32,000 bases of DNA from Acholeplasma laidlawii PG-8A (GTDB lineage Bacteria; Bacillota_I; Bacilli_A; Acholeplasmatales; Acholeplasmataceae), in NCBI RefSeq assembly GCF_000018785.1, contig NC_010163.1, positions 1,290,001-1,322,000 of the forward strand, written 5' to 3'. This document shows, one piece after another, positions 27,805 through 32,000 of the stretch. Both the position numbers and the translations under genes were made by a program. Under the pieces are notes generated by a model that was not told the DNA's origin, ran no database searches, and saw nothing but the letters and a program-made list of their open reading frames with translations. The stretch's first letter is position 1. Each line of letters starts with the position of its first letter.

Positions 27805-28134
27805 TTACTCGGTCAACGATTGCTTGAAGATAATTCCTAGCAAATCACCTGGAACGTCTTGATTAATTTCTAGTCTTAACATCCCTTTGGGAGTTATTTT
27901 ATAACCAATCAATTCTTTTGTATACTCACTAATTAATTTAGCCTCTATATTAACGTAATCCTTAAAAGGTATGATTCGAATAAACTTATTTCCATAATAA
28001 AACGATGGTATGCTTGCCCAAATTCTTTCATCAATTTGTAAATTAGTCTCATAGATTATTTTTCTGATCTTCAAAAATAAGTCTTTAACACCGTTGTTAT
28101 ATTTACTTAATTTTACTTCAATTTCTTCATTCAT
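27805..28134 (-). CDS. Small conserved protein, DUF1801/YdhG-like (tentative)
   Basis: 109 aa. The pattern ...DERIWASIPSFYYGNKFIRIIPFKDYVNIEA...ITPKGMLRLEINQDVPGDLLGIIF resembles the YdhG-like family as I recall it. Confidence 0.5.
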   Translation of the reverse strand: MNEEIEVKLSKYNNGVKDLFLKIRKIIYETNLQIDERIWASIPSFYYGNKFIRIIPFKDYVNIEAKLISEYTKELIGYKITPKGMLRLEINQDVPGDLLGIIFKQSLTE

Positions 28135-28526
28135 ATCCGCTCCTAAAATGACATCTTACTATTTACTCATGTTTACTAATCTCTTAGAAAATAGCTGACT
28201 AGCTTATAGATTATTTTTAATACACAGATAAATCCTATCGATTAGACCTAATTTTCTCCATGTGCACTTCCAAAAGATTACATCATAGTCACTATATCAT
28301 AACTTCACTATATTGTTAAATTTTTATTTGGTTTTCATTTACACAAAATATTTTACACTGTGTTTCTAAGGTGATTTATGTACAAAATTTAAATGTTATT
28401 GACAGTTTATTATCATTAATAAATAATGACATAACCTCACTTAATCTTCCTATAGTTTACGAATAATATATTTGGCACACTTACTTCGTTAAACTTATAA
28501 AACTTGTACATTTTTAACATAAAAGA

Positions 28527-28565
28527 AATGCCATTCACACCTTGAATTAACGTGTGTATGGCATT
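28527..28565 (-). terminator. Probable terminator after the 325-aa membrane protein gene
   Basis: 14-bp stem with one mismatch: AATGCCATTCACAC pairs with GTGTGTATGGCATT. TTCTTTTAT follows on the minus strand. Confidence 0.5.
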
Positions 28566-28676
28566 ATGTCACTAAATGTATACTTGCTGTAGTGTTCTTG
28601 CTATAAGGTTTCTAGTTCTTTCCACTTCTTACAGCCTTTCACTACTGTTATTTAACCTATAATAAACGAAAGATTT

Positions 28677-29654
28677 TTAAAGTGACTTGTCCTTCATTTT
28701 ATCAATATCTTTCCCATAATAATGTTTTAAATTCATAATATCAAATTCAAAATGATTAACCCAATATCTAAACTGTATCACATATTTTTGTAGAACTGCA
28801 ATATCCTCATCAGTGGTTTGATCCATTATTGTTTTATCGAAATCCTTTTGTACAATACTTGACGAATAATCAAATATTTCTTTTTCAAAATCTTTGAACC
28901 ATTGATAAATCGAACTACTTTGTAAAGATAGAATCTTAGAGGTATTATCCAGAAAATCATTTAATGAATTATTAAATTCGCAAAACTCACTTACAAAATC
29001 CTTGTTATTCTTGATGTCTTCTTTCATCATGTATTCATTTATCTCGTTATAACTTTTCTTAAGTAGTTCAAATTGATACAAAATCTGATTGAATTCTGCC
29101 TTTTTATTTCGGAGTCTTCTTTTATGAGAAGCATTGATTCCACTGATTATGAGTGATATTAAAAAACCTGTTGATAAACTTATATATACATCATAATCAA
29201 AATCATAATTATTGTTTTTACTATCAACTGCTAGTGCTAGAAAAACAAACATTAAAATAAATGATAGAATTGTAATCCAGTTGTTAGAAAAGAAACGATT
29301 AAATTTCCATACTTTTTCAAAATTATCAGCTACATTCTTATATTTAGAATGATAGTCAGGTAAAATATCTAACCTCAAGTAAAAGGGATGTATACATTTA
29401 TCAAAAACTGTTCTTAACAAATCATAATGAGATTCAAAATAATTTTCTATATCTGGTAATCTATATTTGTTTTTAAAATAATTCCAAAAGTTTTTATCCA
29501 CTTTTTCATATTTATCATATAAGATACTCGTATAAACTGTGTAATCATCTACAAATTCATTTGATGGATTATTGGTTAAATTATCAAATAAATCAAAAAT
29601 AATTTGTAATTTTTCATTTAATTCTTCGATTTTGCTCATATAGTATGGTAACAA
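28677..29654 (-). CDS. hypothetical protein with two central TM helices (325 aa)
   Basis: The TM segments are WITILSFILMFVFLALAV and ISLSTGFLISLIISGINA. The track start is a TTG; the ATG at 29639 is an alternative. No terminator separates it from the YolD-like gene upstream. Confidence 0.6.
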   Translation of the reverse strand: MLPYYMSKIEELNEKLQIIFDLFDNLTNNPSNEFVDDYTVYTSILYDKYEKVDKNFWNYFKNKYRLPDIENYFESHYDLLRTVFDKCIHPFYLRLDILPDYHSKYKNVADNFEKVWKFNRFFSNNWITILSFILMFVFLALAVDSKNNNYDFDYDVYISLSTGFLISLIISGINASHKRRLRNKKAEFNQILYQFELLKKSYNEINEYMMKEDIKNNKDFVSEFCEFNNSLNDFLDNTSKILSLQSSSIYQWFKDFEKEIFDYSSSIVQKDFDKTIMDQTTDEDIAVLQKYVIQFRYWVNHFEFDIMNLKHYYGKDIDKMKDKSL

Positions 29655-29752
29655 TCCTTTCTACTAAATTGGTTCTTTTATAAGAAACATCATTTAAAAT
29701 GACATTAACACTTTCCTAGATTTATAACAGTATTTTTTATTTCATTGAATCG

Positions 29753-30076
29753 CTATTCTATTATTATATCAATAACATTATTTATTTCATACTTTATTTT
29801 GTCAATGAATAGTAGTCGATTAATCTCATCTAGTTTTGTTATAAAACCTTTGTATTCATAAACATATCCATCATCTAAATACATAATAGTTACTTGTTTA
29901 TTATCTTGGATTGCAGATTTCATGATTCTATCCATATCTTCAAGTTTATCTTCTTGGAGTTCTGGTTTTGGTTTTTTATTTAATCGATAACGAAGTTCTT
30001 GCATCATATCTACAAATCCTGCAAGACCATCAAATGGTGAGTATTTGATAATACCTCTATCCGTATAAGGTCTCAT
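29753..30076 (-). CDS. YolD-like protein (accessory partner of Y-family polymerases)
   Basis: 107 aa. It overlaps the polymerase gene stop by 4 nt. The pattern RG..KYSPF......L.E...E.......A.....V.I.Y...G......G.I..ID is typical of the YolD family. Confidence 0.75.
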   Translation of the reverse strand: MRPYTDRGIIKYSPFDGLAGFVDMMQELRYRLNKKPKPELQEDKLEDMDRIMKSAIQDNKQVTIMYLDDGYVYEYKGFITKLDEINRLLFIDKIKYEINNVIDIIIE

Positions 30077-31353
30077 GCTTTGTGACGCCCAATAAATGTA
30101 TTATGTTTAATAATCGTGGATTCTTTATTAAGTGCAGTTGCTCGGTTTACTGCATTCTTGCCAAACTTCTCTTTAATCTCATCCATAGCAGACATCAAAT
30201 TATATTCACGGTCGATGCTTTCTGCATCTTCAAAGATTGAATACTGATAAGTGGTAGATTCTGTTAAACCACCAAGAGAAACTTCTACTGTTCTTATTGG
30301 AAATCCATCATACTTATTTTTGAAGATATTTAGGCATGTTTCAAAGATTTGATCGACTGATGATGTTGGTTGGTCGAATGTGATTTGTTGATGTAATCCT
30401 CCACCAATATCAGCATTATAACCTATACCAAAATGAATGACTCTACATCTTTTTTTATTGAGTCTTAATCTTCTTGATACTTCATCAACCATCTCTTGGA
30501 TGATGGTTAATACTTCCTCACCATTATAATCATGAAACAGCACTTGACTCATCCCATAGGATTTGTTTTGATAGCGGAGTTTACCTTTATCTTGAATTAG
30601 TGCATTATCAATGCCATGTGCATGATACCAAAGTTGTTGACCCATCACACCAAATCTATCTTGTAGAGCATCAACATTATAAGCTGCAAGGTCTCCTATT
30701 GACCATATACCAAGTTTATTAAGATTAATTTCCATACGTGGTCCAATACCCCACATTTTAGATAGTGGTTCTACTGGCCATAATCTATCCGGTATATCTT
30801 TATAAGACCATTTTGCTATCGAATCCTTTTGTTTCTTGGAATCTATATCCATGGATAGTTTTGCCATAAGTATATTAGGTCCTATACCAACAGATACTGG
30901 TAAGTGCGGTTCATCAGTTATCTTTTTAATGATTTCTTTTGTTAGTTGAAGTTCTGTTTTATTGTAGAGTTTTAAATACCCTGTTAAATCTAAGAATGCT
31001 TCGTCTATGGAGTAAACATACAAATCATCTTCTGATACAAAAATCAAATAGATCTCAATAACCTTCATGGTGTACTCCATATAGGTTTTCATTCTTGACA
31101 TTGCATAAATGGTACCTTCTTTTAGATTATCTGGAATATCAAAGATTCTGATACGACCTGGAACTTCCATACTCTTTAAATACGGTGATACAGCCAGACA
31201 CAATGCATCTTTACCGCGAGAACGATCTGCAACCACTAGTGGTGTAGTAAAAGGGTCTAATCCCCTTAAAACGTATTCTACAGAAGCATAAAAAAACTTA
31301 AAGTCGATACATATAATATTTCTATGAACTTGTAAGTGTTGTAAATCTTCCAC
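30073..31353 (-). CDS. Y-family DNA polymerase (UmuC/UvrX/YqjW-like translesion polymerase)
   Basis: Catalytic motifs CIDFKFFYASVE and YSIDEAFLDLT, plus the GIGP...AKLSMD helix-hairpin-helix region. GTG start. Confidence 0.92.
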   Translation of the reverse strand: MEDLQHLQVHRNIICIDFKFFYASVEYVLRGLDPFTTPLVVADRSRGKDALCLAVSPYLKSMEVPGRIRIFDIPDNLKEGTIYAMSRMKTYMEYTMKVIEIYLIFVSEDDLYVYSIDEAFLDLTGYLKLYNKTELQLTKEIIKKITDEPHLPVSVGIGPNILMAKLSMDIDSKKQKDSIAKWSYKDIPDRLWPVEPLSKMWGIGPRMEINLNKLGIWSIGDLAAYNVDALQDRFGVMGQQLWYHAHGIDNALIQDKGKLRYQNKSYGMSQVLFHDYNGEEVLTIIQEMVDEVSRRLRLNKKRCRVIHFGIGYNADIGGGLHQQITFDQPTSSVDQIFETCLNIFKNKYDGFPIRTVEVSLGGLTESTTYQYSIFEDAESIDREYNLMSAMDEIKEKFGKNAVNRATALNKESTIIKHNTFIGRHKA

Positions 31354-31367
31354 ACATTCTTAAAACC

Positions 31368-32000
31368 TCAATTCTTGTTATTGTTATCAGTCATTAATTT
31401 AATTAGCTTTACATTCTTTAGAGTTTCTTCTATTGAATCCCAACAGTTTAACACCATATTTTCTTTACTCTTTTTTTCAAAGTTATATATTTTACTTAAG
31501 GCATTTATTTCTTGTTTAAATCTAATTCTTATAACATCTATAGAGGTAGTAAGAAATACTTCTTTCTGAATGGCAACTGGTTCTCCATCCATTATTCTTA
31601 TCTTCATCATTTTCATAATATTAGCTAGAATTGATGTATAGTCACTAAGGAAAACAATCGCTTGAATCAAATATTCAAAACTGACTTTGTTATCGTACTC
31701 GAAATTATGATCAACATGACTATAATTTTTATCACGCATATATTTAAAATGATTGATTTCAATAGAGTTTTTTTCCCTCCATTCCATAAACAAATCAAAA
31801 TGATTTTTGAGCTTATTCAGATCAATATTTGTTTGAAATATGGATATAAACTCTTTACCTTTGTCAGATACATCTTTGTAAAAGTGATTCACAAATCCAG
31901 TTATAGAACTATCACCTTTAATATCGAGTAAATTGTTCAACTCAATAAACATATATGATTCATAAATAAATGCTTTATGTCTTAATGGATATAACACATA
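31368..32000 (-). CDS. hypothetical protein, partial (open to window end); possible HEPN-type RxxxxxH motif
   Basis: The ORF is open to position 32000. YMRDKNYSHVD (31736-31716) fits the R[DN]KxxxHxD pattern of some Abi-type HEPN families. This evidence is weak. Confidence 0.55.
   Translation of the reverse strand, partial: YVLYPLRHKAFIYESYMFIELNNLLDIKGDSSITGFVNHFYKDVSDKGKEFISIFQTNIDLNKLKNHFDLFMEWREKNSIEINHFKYMRDKNYSHVDHNFEYDNKVSFEYLIQAIVFLSDYTSILANIMKMMKIRIMDGEPVAIQKEVFLTTSIDVIRIRFKQEINALSKIYNFEKKSKENMVLNCWDSIEETLKNVKLIKLMTDNNNKN

Noticed and set aside
28399-28427. Plus-strand promoter-like TTGACA-N17-AATAAT
   Set aside because: No plus-strand gene or terminator follows it. Such matches arise by chance in very AT-rich intergenic DNA.

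Overview
AT-rich bacterial chromosomal segment that uses the standard genetic code (TGA is a stop). About 30 genes are present and nearly all lie on the minus strand. Protein sequences and the CIRCE-regulated groES-groEL suggest a low-GC Firmicute or Mollicutes-like organism (Acholeplasma or Erysipelotrichia type), but the taxon cannot be fixed without a database search.

Layout:
- 1-1.5 kb: marR plus an ABC exporter operon.
- 2.2-4.8 kb: a large repeat-containing surface lipoprotein.
- 4.8-7.5 kb: small housekeeping and unknown genes (PD-(D/E)xK/wHTH protein, SDR, NUDIX).
- 7.6-9.6 kb: groES-groEL with promoter and CIRCE.
- 9.8-10.7 kb: a DUF1295-type membrane protein.
- 10.8-13.3 kb: an amino-acid ABC importer behind what reads as a lysine riboswitch.
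- 13.4-32 kb: an accessory-looking mosaic. It holds a His-rich CPH-type (CopB-like) P-type ATPase; a four-gene helicase/nuclease locus (15.8-21.9 kb); a cadC-cadA cassette bracketed by identical 39-nt hairpin repeats; a 1.3-kb gene-poor stretch with an orphan promoter/terminator unit; and a Y-family polymerase/YolD cassette flanked by unknown genes.

The best candidate for an undescribed system is the 15.8-21.9 kb locus. An SF1-type helicase-nuclease followed by a small Mrr_cat restriction-fold gene occurs there twice in tandem: DUF2075 protein + Mrr_cat pseudogene, then WYL-like/Upf1-like helicase/DUF2726 protein + two-TM Mrr_cat.

No rRNA, tRNA, CRISPR array, transposase or integrase was recognised. 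All calls come from reading the sequence and the ORF track. No database search or computation was run.
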